64,000 nt of DNA from a virus, in the IMG/VR virus record IMGVR_UViG_3300037054_000044, positions 1 through 64,000 of that record; one strand, given 5' to 3'. The notes under the pieces were generated by a model that saw only the letters and a program-made list of their open reading frames with translations, searched no databases and had not been told where the DNA came from. The first letter of the stretch is position 1. Each line of letters starts with the position of its first letter. Of this stretch, positions 28,687 to 38,024 are shown piece by piece. A program made the translations under genes and the position numbers.

Positions 28687-31600
28687 ATGGCAGACACGTT
28701 AACTAAACTTGGCGATAAAGTCAAGGATTACTGGGGCAAGATCAAGTCTCTCCCGCCTGATGAAGGCGAAGCACAAGCCATCAAGGAGAAGCAGGCCAAC
28801 GTCGATGCAGTGACAGCCAAGCCTACTCCAGAGCCAGAGCACACTGGAAGTGAACCTATGCCGCAGGGCAACTATGGATCACGCCCTGGTGAGAAACGAC
28901 TAGACTGGGCAATGAAGCCAGAGGCACCTGTTTACGACAATGGTGGGGATGTAGCCATGTCAGGCTTTAAAAAGATGGCACCATCTCTTGACGAGGAAGA
29001 CCCACATCTTAAAGAGGAACAGATTCCTCAGTACACGCATGGCAATGACCCTGCAAGAGCCAAACCACAGCCGAAGGACTTCAATGGAGGCTCCGTGGGA
29101 GGTGTGCAAGACACAGCCCTGGCAACTCCTATGTATGCTCCTGGGCAAGCCCCAGCTATGGCTGCACCAATAATGGACAACGGCGGCGACGTGAAGAACA
29201 TCAACGATGGGCAGCATCAGGTGGCGATCCTGCAGACAGGTGAGCGAGTGCTCGACCGCGACGAAGCAGCACGCTATCGTCAGATGCACGGCTCAAAGAT
29301 GCCGACCATGCATGAGTCTATGGACGTGAACACAGGGAAGCCTTCATCGTCTTTGCCTGAGTTGACACCTGCGATTAAGCCGACACCCACAGCACCACTG
29401 TATGACCAAGGTGGCATTGTAGGTGGCAGCAACCTGCGTAAGCTGGGAGCACCTGTCTACGACAACGGTGGGGAAGTGAAGACACAGCCTAGTTATGAGG
29501 AGAGAATTGCACCTTACCAACTTCCTCGGGGATATGAAGATGCAAAACCTGTGCATGACACATTGCAACTTCCTAGGGGCTATGAGGACGCACAGCCTGT
29601 TTCACGTTATGGCGAGGCTCAGGCTGTGGCAAATCGACCTAGAATTGGCATGCCAAAGATTAGCATGGAAGAGGATCACTCTACAGAGAAAAGATCAACA
29701 CTTCCTGTCTATGATGACGGCGGTAGCGTGGACGTGAATGATGGGCAACACCAAGCAGCTATCTTAAAAGACGGAGAGCGCGTGCTCACCCCAGAAGAGA
29801 ATGCACAGTACAAAGCAGAGCACCCAGAGAAGGGTGCGCCTGCAGACTTCGGTGGACGTGTAATACCTAATCCCAAAGGCATAAAGCCTATGGACAGCGA
29901 TGCACCTCATGCACCGACACCCATGACTTACCCAGGCGGGGCAAAGATGAACATCGACAACGCTCCTCTGGATGACAAGGAGAGCGAGAAGACGTTCCCT
30001 ACGGTCATGCCTACGGAAGCCAGTGCCAAAAGTCCAGCACGGCCTTACGCAGAGGTGGAAGCAGAGCAGAAGAAAGCAGCCGAAGCCAAAGTGAATGGAG
30101 ATCAAGGTGCGCAAGTTGCTCCTGCTCCTACACAGGAGTCAGTACCTGAGCAGTTGCCTACCGCAACGCACGAAGAGCGCGTGGCGATTAAGCATGACGA
30201 GCAAGAGGCTATGGGCAAAGGCATCCAAGGGTTGACGCAACTTGGAATGTCAAAGATTCACGCTAAGCAGTTAGGCATCAATGAAGAGCCTAGCACCGAA
30301 GGCGTTACTGCCCCCAAGGAATTCGCACGGCCTGAGCAGGGTGGCTTCCCCAAGATGGGCGAAGCAACCCCCGAGGCAGCCGCACCCGCAGCACCCGCTG
30401 CTGGAGCACCTGCAGCACCTACTACTACCTCTGAGCGTTCCCCAGACTTCAAAGCTAAGCTGGCACAGTTGAACCAAGACCATGCCAATGCATTAGCAGA
30501 GCGTACGCCTGAAGGCAAAGTTCGAGCGGATTATATTCAAGAGCAAATAAACGATCTGCACAAGAACAACCCATGGGGTACCGCTGGAAACAGACCAGGA
30601 GCGCTCGGGCGGCTGGGGCACATCGCTTCTAAGTTCGGTAACTTGGCGGGAGATGTTTTTGCTCCAGCCACGATGGAACTAATCCCTGGCACTGACCTGA
30701 ACAAACGAGTTCAGGAAGCTGGTCTGCAGAAGCAGACGCAAGCCGACGTTCAAGAAGCCACAGCACGTGAGGCTGAAGAGAATAAAGCAGGAAAAGTAGC
30801 GCCACAAGACACCTACAAGGAAGCCACACAGGGAGGCATAACTGACCCTGCGCATCCTGAACTAGGACCGCAACAGGCGTATGTAGATGAGAAAGACCCA
30901 AGCAAGATTCACTTCGCAGGGCCTATGCCTCCCAAGGCAGGGGCAGAGAAGGACCAACCTGCCAACGTGGATCAGCAGAAGGATTACCAACAGCGCATTG
31001 CTAACTCTGGGTTGACTGGACAAGCATTGCAAACTTATGGTACAGTACCTAAGGGAGCTACTACAGCCGAACTGGATAAGCGCTTCGATGAGGCTACTAA
31101 ACTGCGTGGCATGAACCAGAAGGACCAAGAAACCGCAATCCAGAACCAAGCACGTAAGGACGCTGCCGATGAGAAGCAGTTTGAGCACGAACAGGCACGT
31201 GCTGACAAGTTGGAGAACCAACACTTCAGTTACGTAGATGAAAAGGGACAGACACAAATCACCACTGGCGATAAAGTAAAAGAGTTGCCAGAAGGTACAC
31301 AAACTATCCCAATAAAAGACGTAGCCAATCTCGTTGGAGAAGCACGCTCTATGAACGCTGTGCAGGAGAACATGAATGTTCTGCACAAAGACATAGAAGA
31401 GCACCCAGAAGTGTTCGACAACGCAGCAGCACGCACTATTGTTCAAACTACTACTAAGGAAATGAACCGAGCATCTATAGGTCTGTTAGTTGCTGGCACA
31501 GGCATGAATTTGCCTATTCCAGAAGGTTTTAACAACATGATAGATACAGCCCTGCAGAACAATGCACTGGACGCAAAAACAGCCAAGTCCGTAAAGAACT

Positions 31601-31944
31601 ACATCGCAGACTACAAAGCCTTAAAAGACAAGGCAATGGTCATCCAGATGATGATGCAGAACGGCAAGATGGGTAGAGGTGGAATGCAGGCATTTGATTC
31701 CATCGTTAACCAACTGCCTGGAGGTTCAACTCCAGACAGCGCCACAGCCGCTCGTCAAATGGGAGCACTGCAGAACACAGTCAAGGGACTGATGGGTAAA
31801 TACCCAGAAAAGTACGCTGACTACACCAAGGCTAAGCCGTATGAAGCCAAGGAGCAGGGTGCTGCCCCCAAGCAGGGTGACAAGCATCAATACGCTGGTG
31901 CCAACTATACGTTTGACGGTAAACAGTGGGTGCAGCAAAAGTAG
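28687..31944 (+). CDS. Large putative ejection/internal virion protein with YDxGG repeats
   Basis: 1085 aa; five (Y/M)D(N/Q/D)GG motifs. Confidence 0.6.
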   Translation: MADTLTKLGDKVKDYWGKIKSLPPDEGEAQAIKEKQANVDAVTAKPTPEPEHTGSEPMPQGNYGSRPGEKRLDWAMKPEAPVYDNGGDVAMSGFKKMAPSLDEEDPHLKEEQIPQYTHGNDPARAKPQPKDFNGGSVGGVQDTALATPMYAPGQAPAMAAPIMDNGGDVKNINDGQHQVAILQTGERVLDRDEAARYRQMHGSKMPTMHESMDVNTGKPSSSLPELTPAIKPTPTAPLYDQGGIVGGSNLRKLGAPVYDNGGEVKTQPSYEERIAPYQLPRGYEDAKPVHDTLQLPRGYEDAQPVSRYGEAQAVANRPRIGMPKISMEEDHSTEKRSTLPVYDDGGSVDVNDGQHQAAILKDGERVLTPEENAQYKAEHPEKGAPADFGGRVIPNPKGIKPMDSDAPHAPTPMTYPGGAKMNIDNAPLDDKESEKTFPTVMPTEASAKSPARPYAEVEAEQKKAAEAKVNGDQGAQVAPAPTQESVPEQLPTATHEERVAIKHDEQEAMGKGIQGLTQLGMSKIHAKQLGINEEPSTEGVTAPKEFARPEQGGFPKMGEATPEAAAPAAPAAGAPAAPTTTSERSPDFKAKLAQLNQDHANALAERTPEGKVRADYIQEQINDLHKNNPWGTAGNRPGALGRLGHIASKFGNLAGDVFAPATMELIPGTDLNKRVQEAGLQKQTQADVQEATAREAEENKAGKVAPQDTYKEATQGGITDPAHPELGPQQAYVDEKDPSKIHFAGPMPPKAGAEKDQPANVDQQKDYQQRIANSGLTGQALQTYGTVPKGATTAELDKRFDEATKLRGMNQKDQETAIQNQARKDAADEKQFEHEQARADKLENQHFSYVDEKGQTQITTGDKVKELPEGTQTIPIKDVANLVGEARSMNAVQENMNVLHKDIEEHPEVFDNAAARTIVQTTTKEMNRASIGLLVAGTGMNLPIPEGFNNMIDTALQNNALDAKTAKSVKNYIADYKALKDKAMVIQMMMQNGKMGRGGMQAFDSIVNQLPGGSTPDSATAARQMGALQNTVKGLMGKYPEKYADYTKAKPYEAKEQGAAPKQGDKHQYAGANYTFDGKQWVQQK

Positions 31945-31951
31945 AAGAAAT

Positions 31952-32025
31952 CTCAGGGCCTCGAACCCTGGGCTAGAGTCGGGAGGTGCCAGTTACACCT
32001 CCCTTCTCGACCTTAACTGGAGGAG
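31952..32025 (+). promoter_or_regulatory. SD-occluding pseudoknot leader, copy 5
   Basis: Stem 31976-31988/31996-32008; loop CCAGTTA pairs with TAACTGG 32014-32020. Confidence 0.8.
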
Positions 32026-32027
32026 CA

Positions 32028-32660
32028 ATGTATTACACGTATTTGTGGTTAAGAGAAGACAGCACTCCGTACTATGTTGGAAAAGGTTCAAAGAATAGAG
32101 CCTACATTAGTTTTTCGCATGGTGTTCATAAGCCTACAGATAAAAGTAGAATCATCATCTATCCAGCAGAGTCTGAAACCAATGCGTTTGAAACAGAGAT
32201 AGCGCTAATTTGGTATTATGGAAGAAAAGATTTAGGGTTAGGCTGCTTAAGAAACCTAACAGATGGTGGAGAAAATCCTCCTAAGATGTATGGCAAAAGG
32301 TCCAAAGAAACTTGCAGAAGGATCAGTGAAGCCCTTAAGGGCGGAGTAAGAACAGAAGAGCATCGTAAAAAGATAAGTGATACTCTTAAAGCCTATACCA
32401 TACCAGAGTCGGTGCGCATTAAAATGGTTACTGCACTTAGGCTAAAACTGGTAGGCAAAAAGCACCCCATATCTGAAGAAACTAGAAAAAAGATAAGTAT
32501 GTCCCTTACAGGAAAACCAGGGCACAAGTCAACAGAAGAAACAAATCAAAAGATACGTTTAAAAGCTACAGGAAGAAAGCATTCGGCTGAGACTCGCTTA
32601 AAAATGAGTATATCAGCAAAGAACAGAGGAAAAAATGGCAGACACACAGGTAGCACCTGA
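32028..32660 (+). CDS. GIY-YIG-like/NUMOD3 endonuclease
   Basis: [19 protein letters not shown]...NLTDGGE; paralog of 11398. Confidence 0.85.
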   Translation: MYYTYLWLREDSTPYYVGKGSKNRAYISFSHGVHKPTDKSRIIIYPAESETNAFETEIALIWYYGRKDLGLGCLRNLTDGGENPPKMYGKRSKETCRRISEALKGGVRTEEHRKKISDTLKAYTIPESVRIKMVTALRLKLVGKKHPISEETRKKISMSLTGKPGHKSTEETNQKIRLKATGRKHSAETRLKMSISAKNRGKNGRHTGST

Positions 32661-35103
32661 TCAGCAACAGGCACCCGACACATTACCTGCTGACTTTTTC
32701 CAAACCAAAGGTACAGCCACAAGTGCGCCTGATACGCTCCCAGCAGATTTCAAGTTCAAAGAAACTCCTGAGGAAAAACCCCAGCCATCTGTTATGCACA
32801 ATGTTGGGGAGTATGGAAAAGGCTTAGCACACTCCGTGGGACTTCCTGAGTCTATGCAAGAGGCAGAAGAAGGAACCAAAGCGGCTACTGAAGTAACTCC
32901 CATGAACGCTATCCGCGCAGTAGGCGGCCCTGCCGTGAGCGCAGGAGAGCAAGTTTACAATGCTGGCAAGGGATACCTGAAAGGTTTGTGGAACACAGGA
33001 AAAGAAGCCTACGAAGCAGGGCAGAATATTGCCAAGGGTGGTCCTGTACTTCAGAACATAGCAAAACCAGCTTCTGAGTATCTGAATACCAATGTAGGAG
33101 CAGTTCCGTTCATCGGACAACCTACCGTAGAAGCAGGCAAGGATATCGCCGCAGGAACCAAAGATATTGTAGGAATGACACCACGAGCCGCAGGTGAACT
33201 GACTGGAGCAATTGGTCAGGTTGCGTTGCCTGAAGTGCTAGACAGAGTGCATCCTGAGCAAACCATGGACTTCCACAATAAAGCCGTGGAAACTGCACAG
33301 AAGAAACTAGACACCGCCAAAAAGGCGGCTCTACCGTATGCGGACTCTGTGGATAAAGGTGTGCAGCCTCCCGCTAAAATTCAGAAGCCAATTGACAAGG
33401 CACAGACCGAGTTGAATGAGGCCATTTACCACCGTGATACGCATAGGGATGCGATGGATGCACGGCGTACACACGTCACCAATCCCAAAGCCCCTGCTGC
33501 TGCCCCTGAGGTGCCTACAGAGCAGATTGAAGCAATGCCGCGCCCTGGTGCTCCTAAGCCAGCCGCTGCACCCGAGAACGTCAAAGTCCCAGGACAGGTT
33601 CAGCCAGAGGTAGTGCCACAGCCTCTGCTTGAACAGCCGCGCACTCCTATAGGACGCATGCAGCTTCCCGATGAGCAAGGCACAATGGGCAAGCCACGGC
33701 AACTCACCGCAGGTGCCAATCCTCCCACAGGCTCATCGAACCTAGAGGATGTAGTAAAGGCTACGGAAGAGAAAGAAAAGCCGGGAATGCCACAGATGAG
33801 GTTGCCTGAAGAGGCACCGAAGTCGGGAATGCCACAGATGACGGATGAGGCCGCGCTGCGAGCATTGGAAGCTAAAGAAGGAAAGGTTGTAACGAATCCT
33901 AAGAAGTTAGTAGGCGAGCAACTGAAGGAAGCGTTGAAGCCGGGAGAAGCAGCTAAGCCTGTTGCCGAGAAGGCACCAGCAGTTGCTGAGAAGCCTGCTG
34001 AGCCGCCCGTTGCCAAGGCCGAGGAAAAGCCTGTTCTTCCCAAGGAAGAGCCCACTGGCTATACTCCCAAAGCAGAAGAAGTTGTAAAAGCTGGAGAAGA
34101 AGGCCGCACACCTGCAAAGAGTGCAGCAGAGTATCACCCTGCCGTGCAGCAGAAGGTCAACGAACTGTCCGATGAGAAACTTCGTACGCTCGCAAAGGCG
34201 CACGGCTTGAATCCTGACGAGTATGATTTCAATGCACGTGACGAAGGCCGTCATCGCACTGAGCGTGACCGATTAGCGCGGGAAGTTACCGAACAGATGG
34301 GCGATGACGAAAAGATCAACCTAGGCCGTGCAGCAGAGAAGGCGGATAAGGAAGGTCTATTCCAAGGCGCAGATACGTCTTCCAAAGGGCGTGCAGCACG
34401 TGCGGAGAAGATGTTCCCACGTCTACGCGGTCCCGTTGATGAGCACGGTAATCCTAAGATTGGCGGTGGGTCACAAGCTGCCACAGCTACTGCCAAGGAA
34501 AAGTACGCAGGAGAAGAACGGCGTACTGCTGAACGTAAGGCACCGCTTAATTCTAAGGAAACGGAAGAGGCTATAAAAAGCCGTAAACCATTCACCAACC
34601 CATTCGACGAAACCGAGGGTGCTTCCAAAACTATAGCCAAGGACAAGAACATGCCCGTCCACCCGGCTGAGGAAGCCAAGGCAGTAACTAAGGCTGATAA
34701 CTACCATGGTGAGCCCATGTCCTATGAGCACCACCCCATGGGAGAAGAAGGTAGCAATCAGCAACATCACGTCACAACCAAGGATACAAACGGTCGTAAG
34801 ATTGGAGAACTAGTAGCACAGGACACAAAGTCCGGTGTAGCTACTGTGCGCTCCAACCAAATTTACGATAAAGAGTTGCAAGGCAAAGGCCGGGGTGTTG
34901 ACCAAATTACTCACTTCCTGAACAACGTAGGGAAAGACATCCACACTGTGCATAGCGACATCAGCACATCTGACCAAGCGAGGGGAGCATGGGATAAACT
35001 TGAGAAAGCATATCCTGAGTCCGTGACTAAGAAGACGTACAAAGATGGCCAAACTCGCTACACCGTGGATATGGAAAAGTACCAAGAAGAACTAAAGAAA
35101 TAA
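32635..35103 (+). CDS. Large putative ejection protein with C-terminal GNAT-like domain
   Basis: APDTLPADF twice; C-terminal ELQGKGRG...SD...S..ARGAWDKL. Confidence 0.55.
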   Translation: MADTQVAPDQQQAPDTLPADFFQTKGTATSAPDTLPADFKFKETPEEKPQPSVMHNVGEYGKGLAHSVGLPESMQEAEEGTKAATEVTPMNAIRAVGGPAVSAGEQVYNAGKGYLKGLWNTGKEAYEAGQNIAKGGPVLQNIAKPASEYLNTNVGAVPFIGQPTVEAGKDIAAGTKDIVGMTPRAAGELTGAIGQVALPEVLDRVHPEQTMDFHNKAVETAQKKLDTAKKAALPYADSVDKGVQPPAKIQKPIDKAQTELNEAIYHRDTHRDAMDARRTHVTNPKAPAAAPEVPTEQIEAMPRPGAPKPAAAPENVKVPGQVQPEVVPQPLLEQPRTPIGRMQLPDEQGTMGKPRQLTAGANPPTGSSNLEDVVKATEEKEKPGMPQMRLPEEAPKSGMPQMTDEAALRALEAKEGKVVTNPKKLVGEQLKEALKPGEAAKPVAEKAPAVAEKPAEPPVAKAEEKPVLPKEEPTGYTPKAEEVVKAGEEGRTPAKSAAEYHPAVQQKVNELSDEKLRTLAKAHGLNPDEYDFNARDEGRHRTERDRLAREVTEQMGDDEKINLGRAAEKADKEGLFQGADTSSKGRAARAEKMFPRLRGPVDEHGNPKIGGGSQAATATAKEKYAGEERRTAERKAPLNSKETEEAIKSRKPFTNPFDETEGASKTIAKDKNMPVHPAEEAKAVTKADNYHGEPMSYEHHPMGEEGSNQQHHVTTKDTNGRKIGELVAQDTKSGVATVRSNQIYDKELQGKGRGVDQITHFLNNVGKDIHTVHSDISTSDQARGAWDKLEKAYPESVTKKTYKDGQTRYTVDMEKYQEELKK

Positions 35104-35109
35104 CAGAAT

Positions 35110-35181
35110 CTCAGGGGTTGCTCCCTGAGCCAGTGCTGGGCGGTGCTCGTTACACCGCTCAGTGCAACCTTAACGAGGGGG
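35110..35181 (+). promoter_or_regulatory. SD-occluding pseudoknot leader, copy 6
   Basis: Stem 35133-35145/35153-35165; loop CTCGTTA pairs with TAACGAG 35171-35177. Confidence 0.8.
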
Positions 35182-35185
35182 AATT

Positions 35186-35731
35186 ATGTACAAGAACCCA
35201 GAAGATAGTAAAGCTAACAACGCAAAGTGGAGAAAGTCTCACAGGGAAGAGGACTTGGCTAGGAAGAGAAAATGGTACCTAAAGAACCGTATTTACTTAT
35301 TACAGCAAGCGCACCTTTGGAGAATCAACAATAGAGAAACTTCCCGTGAAAGCAATAGAAAATGGAAGAAGAACAACCCAGAGATAGTACTAAGAGAAGG
35401 ACGGGAGTGGAGAAAAAACAATCCAGACAAGGTAAAAGTGAACGACCACAGGCGCTTGGCTCTTAAAGCAGGCAACGGAGGTTCTTTTACCGCTGCTGAG
35501 TGGAACTCTTTGTGTAAGCACTATAGGCATCACTGTCTGTGCTGCAACAAGAAAAGAAAACTGACAGCAGATCATGTTGTCCCTTTGTCCAAGGGAGGCA
35601 CAAGTAATATAGAAAATATTCAACCCTTATGCGGCCCTTGTAATTCAAGGAAGGGAACAAAAACAATAGACTACCGCAAACAAAATCCTGAAAGTCCTGC
35701 CATTACGCAGGGGAATGCGAGTACATTTTGA
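35186..35731 (+). CDS. HNH endonuclease
   Basis: C-domain nearly identical to that of 26316. Confidence 0.9.
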   Translation: MYKNPEDSKANNAKWRKSHREEDLARKRKWYLKNRIYLLQQAHLWRINNRETSRESNRKWKKNNPEIVLREGREWRKNNPDKVKVNDHRRLALKAGNGGSFTAAEWNSLCKHYRHHCLCCNKKRKLTADHVVPLSKGGTSNIENIQPLCGPCNSRKGTKTIDYRKQNPESPAITQGNASTF

Positions 35732-36483
35732 GCCTATACACTAAGTCACCGTTTAAACCGTCACCAACTCTGCTCGTGCAGGGCAGACCAGAATACACAT
35801 TCGGAAGCTGGCTCGACAAGACAGGCCCAACTTTGGGCTATGTAATTTCAGACTCAGCGGTAACAACCACTGGAACTTTAACGTTTCGCATAGCCTCAGG
35901 AAATGTCCCAGTCGTGGGTAGCCTGATTACTGTGATTGGCACTGTCAATGGCAGTGGAAACCTGAATGTGACCAACGCACAGATTTTGTCTGCAACGACT
36001 ACGAACGCCGGAATTTCCACGGTGACTTTCACCATCACCTCCTCGACCGTAGCAGCGGGAACGCCTGACGGTGGCCAAGTATCTATACCGCAGCCTGAAC
36101 TTGGGGATGTCCTATCGTCATTCCCAGCGTCATCCATTGCAGTTGCTTGCCCATCATCCCCTGGCAATCAGTCAGGCAAATCCCTTAGCGCCACTGTTAA
36201 GCTGCCAGCGCAGCAACTCGGTGTTGCGAGTACCTTGTCAGCAGTTACGGTTCTTATTCAAGGCGCGAACTTCGATGAAGATGCGCAGTATAACACCATA
36301 GGAACTATCACTGCAGCAGGCACAGCATCGGGTGGGCCAAACGTTTATGACTGGCAATCAGGACAAGGTAACTCCGGTACACTAGCCTCAGGCGATGTTG
36401 ATTTGATCAACTTCAGGTTTTACAGACTACAAGTATCTGCGGCGACGGGCTCTGGACCTGTTGTCGGAACCATAATGTTCTAG
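35728..36483 (+). CDS. Putative virion protein (Thr/Ser/Gly-rich)
   Basis: Composition and context. Confidence 0.55.
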   Translation: MSLYTKSPFKPSPTLLVQGRPEYTFGSWLDKTGPTLGYVISDSAVTTTGTLTFRIASGNVPVVGSLITVIGTVNGSGNLNVTNAQILSATTTNAGISTVTFTITSSTVAAGTPDGGQVSIPQPELGDVLSSFPASSIAVACPSSPGNQSGKSLSATVKLPAQQLGVASTLSAVTVLIQGANFDEDAQYNTIGTITAAGTASGGPNVYDWQSGQGNSGTLASGDVDLINFRFYRLQVSAATGSGPVVGTIMF

Positions 36484-36555
36484 TATCGGTAATATGCGCA
36501 ATTCATAGCAAGCGGGGTAAAAGCCCTCGCAGACATTTGAACTCAGGAGACTCAT

Positions 36556-37002
36556 ATGGAACTCAAAGAAATTGCGTTGCAGTTAGCAGAGCAATCTGCA
36601 CAGTTGGAACAAGAGGGACAGGCCGCTCAGCGGACTGCTATGGAAGAAACTGCTAAGGCTCTAAAGTTAGAAGAAGAGCGAAGAGCCGCAGAGAAGAAAG
36701 CAGCGGACGTAGCCAATGCACGCGCCGAGAAGAAAGCAGCGGACAAGCGCGAGGCCGAGGCTGAGCAATTGCGTACGGAATCCGAAGCACGCCGCCGCAT
36801 AGAGCAGGCAGCGGATAAGCAACGAGAAGACATTGAAAAGGCCATGTATATCAAGGAAGGCATTGCTAGGCAGATGGCTGAGATAGAGCACGCGGCGGAT
36901 GTCGCTGTGCGTCAGATTGAAGATGCAAAAAATCGCATCGTAGTAGCAGAGGTCACACCAGAGCATCCGCTCAAGCGTTTCTTACAACACGCACCAGAAT
37001 AA
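36556..37002 (+). CDS. Coiled-coil protein
   Basis: E/A/K/R-rich helical sequence. Confidence 0.65.
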   Translation: MELKEIALQLAEQSAQLEQEGQAAQRTAMEETAKALKLEEERRAAEKKAADVANARAEKKAADKREAEAEQLRTESEARRRIEQAADKQREDIEKAMYIKEGIARQMAEIEHAADVAVRQIEDAKNRIVVAEVTPEHPLKRFLQHAPE

Positions 37003-37011
37003 GGAGTACGC

Positions 37012-37191
37012 ATGGCAACGTTTAGCCCAGATGGAAATGAACGAAACCGTATGGTAACGCTCTGGAACCAAGGCAAAACCTTGGCGCAGATTGCTACCAC
37101 GTTTGGTTGCTCTACTGCTATAGTAGATGCAACTATTAAGGCACTTTCTACAGAAGGGTGTTTTTCAGCTATAGACTACACAGGTTTGTAA
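37012..37191 (+). CDS. Small HTH protein
   Basis: AAGGAG RBS; LWNQGKTLAQIATTFGCS. Confidence 0.6.
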   Translation: MATFSPDGNERNRMVTLWNQGKTLAQIATTFGCSTAIVDATIKALSTEGCFSAIDYTGL

Positions 37192-37196
37192 ACATC

Positions 37197-37270
37197 CCAA
37201 GGCTTAGCGGCTTTGGAGCAGAGCAGGGGAGTGTCCTCAAAGCCTCCCCGCTCGACCTACTTTGAGGAGG
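37197..37270 (+). promoter_or_regulatory. SD-occluding pseudoknot leader, copy 7
   Basis: Stem 37221-37231/37244-37253; loop CCTCAAAG pairs with CTTTGAGG 37260-37267. Confidence 0.75.
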
Positions 37271-37276
37271 AACAAT

Positions 37277-37999
37277 ATGCCAGCAAAAGGTTTTAGGAAA
37301 GAAAAGTGTATAAGAGGCCATCTCAGGACACCAGACAACGTACGATTAAACGGAAACTGTGTACAGTGCCAATTGCCGTTGCAGTCTCGGACTAAGAAAA
37401 CCCACTGTTTGCGTGGGCATGAAAAAACAAGCGACAACACAACTAAAAGTGGAAATTGCAGAACGTGTTCATTGGAGCACAGCAGAAGTTACTACCAAGA
37501 AAACTTAGAGTCCGAAAAAGAAAAAGCACGATTGCGACAGGCATCGCATCCAGAAGAACGCAGGGAAAGTGTTAAGAGGTTTCTTTCAACGCATCCTGGC
37601 TATGCTTTGGAATACCACAGAGCGTGGGCTAAGGCGAACCCAGATAGAAAAGCTGAGCATGCCCGTAGGACGCGCAAAAAGCACCCTGAAACAAAAAAGG
37701 CAGCCCATCACCGACGTAAAGCATGGAAGTTAGGCAACGGCGGTTCTTGGACGCCCAGAGAGTGGCTAGAACTTAAAGTGGTATATGGGCTTAAGTGCCT
37801 ATGCTGTCTTCACAGCGAAGAAGCCTTGTTTGAGGTAGGTTTAAAACTGGTACCAGACCATATACAGCCTTTAGCAAAAGGCGGAAGAAATAGCATTGAA
37901 AATTTGCAACCACTTTGCCACGGCAAGGGTGGATGTAACAACAGTAAGTCTATCAGATGGATAGACTATCGTCCCGGTTTCCCGTTAGAAATTGTGTAA
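37277..37999 (+). CDS. HNH endonuclease
   Basis: C.RGH repeats; PDHIQPLAKGGRNSIENLQPLC...CNNSK. Confidence 0.9.
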   Translation: MPAKGFRKEKCIRGHLRTPDNVRLNGNCVQCQLPLQSRTKKTHCLRGHEKTSDNTTKSGNCRTCSLEHSRSYYQENLESEKEKARLRQASHPEERRESVKRFLSTHPGYALEYHRAWAKANPDRKAEHARRTRKKHPETKKAAHHRRKAWKLGNGGSWTPREWLELKVVYGLKCLCCLHSEEALFEVGLKLVPDHIQPLAKGGRNSIENLQPLCHGKGGCNNSKSIRWIDYRPGFPLEIV

Positions 38000-38024
38000 A
38001 ATACAAGTTCGTTGAGGTAGCCCC

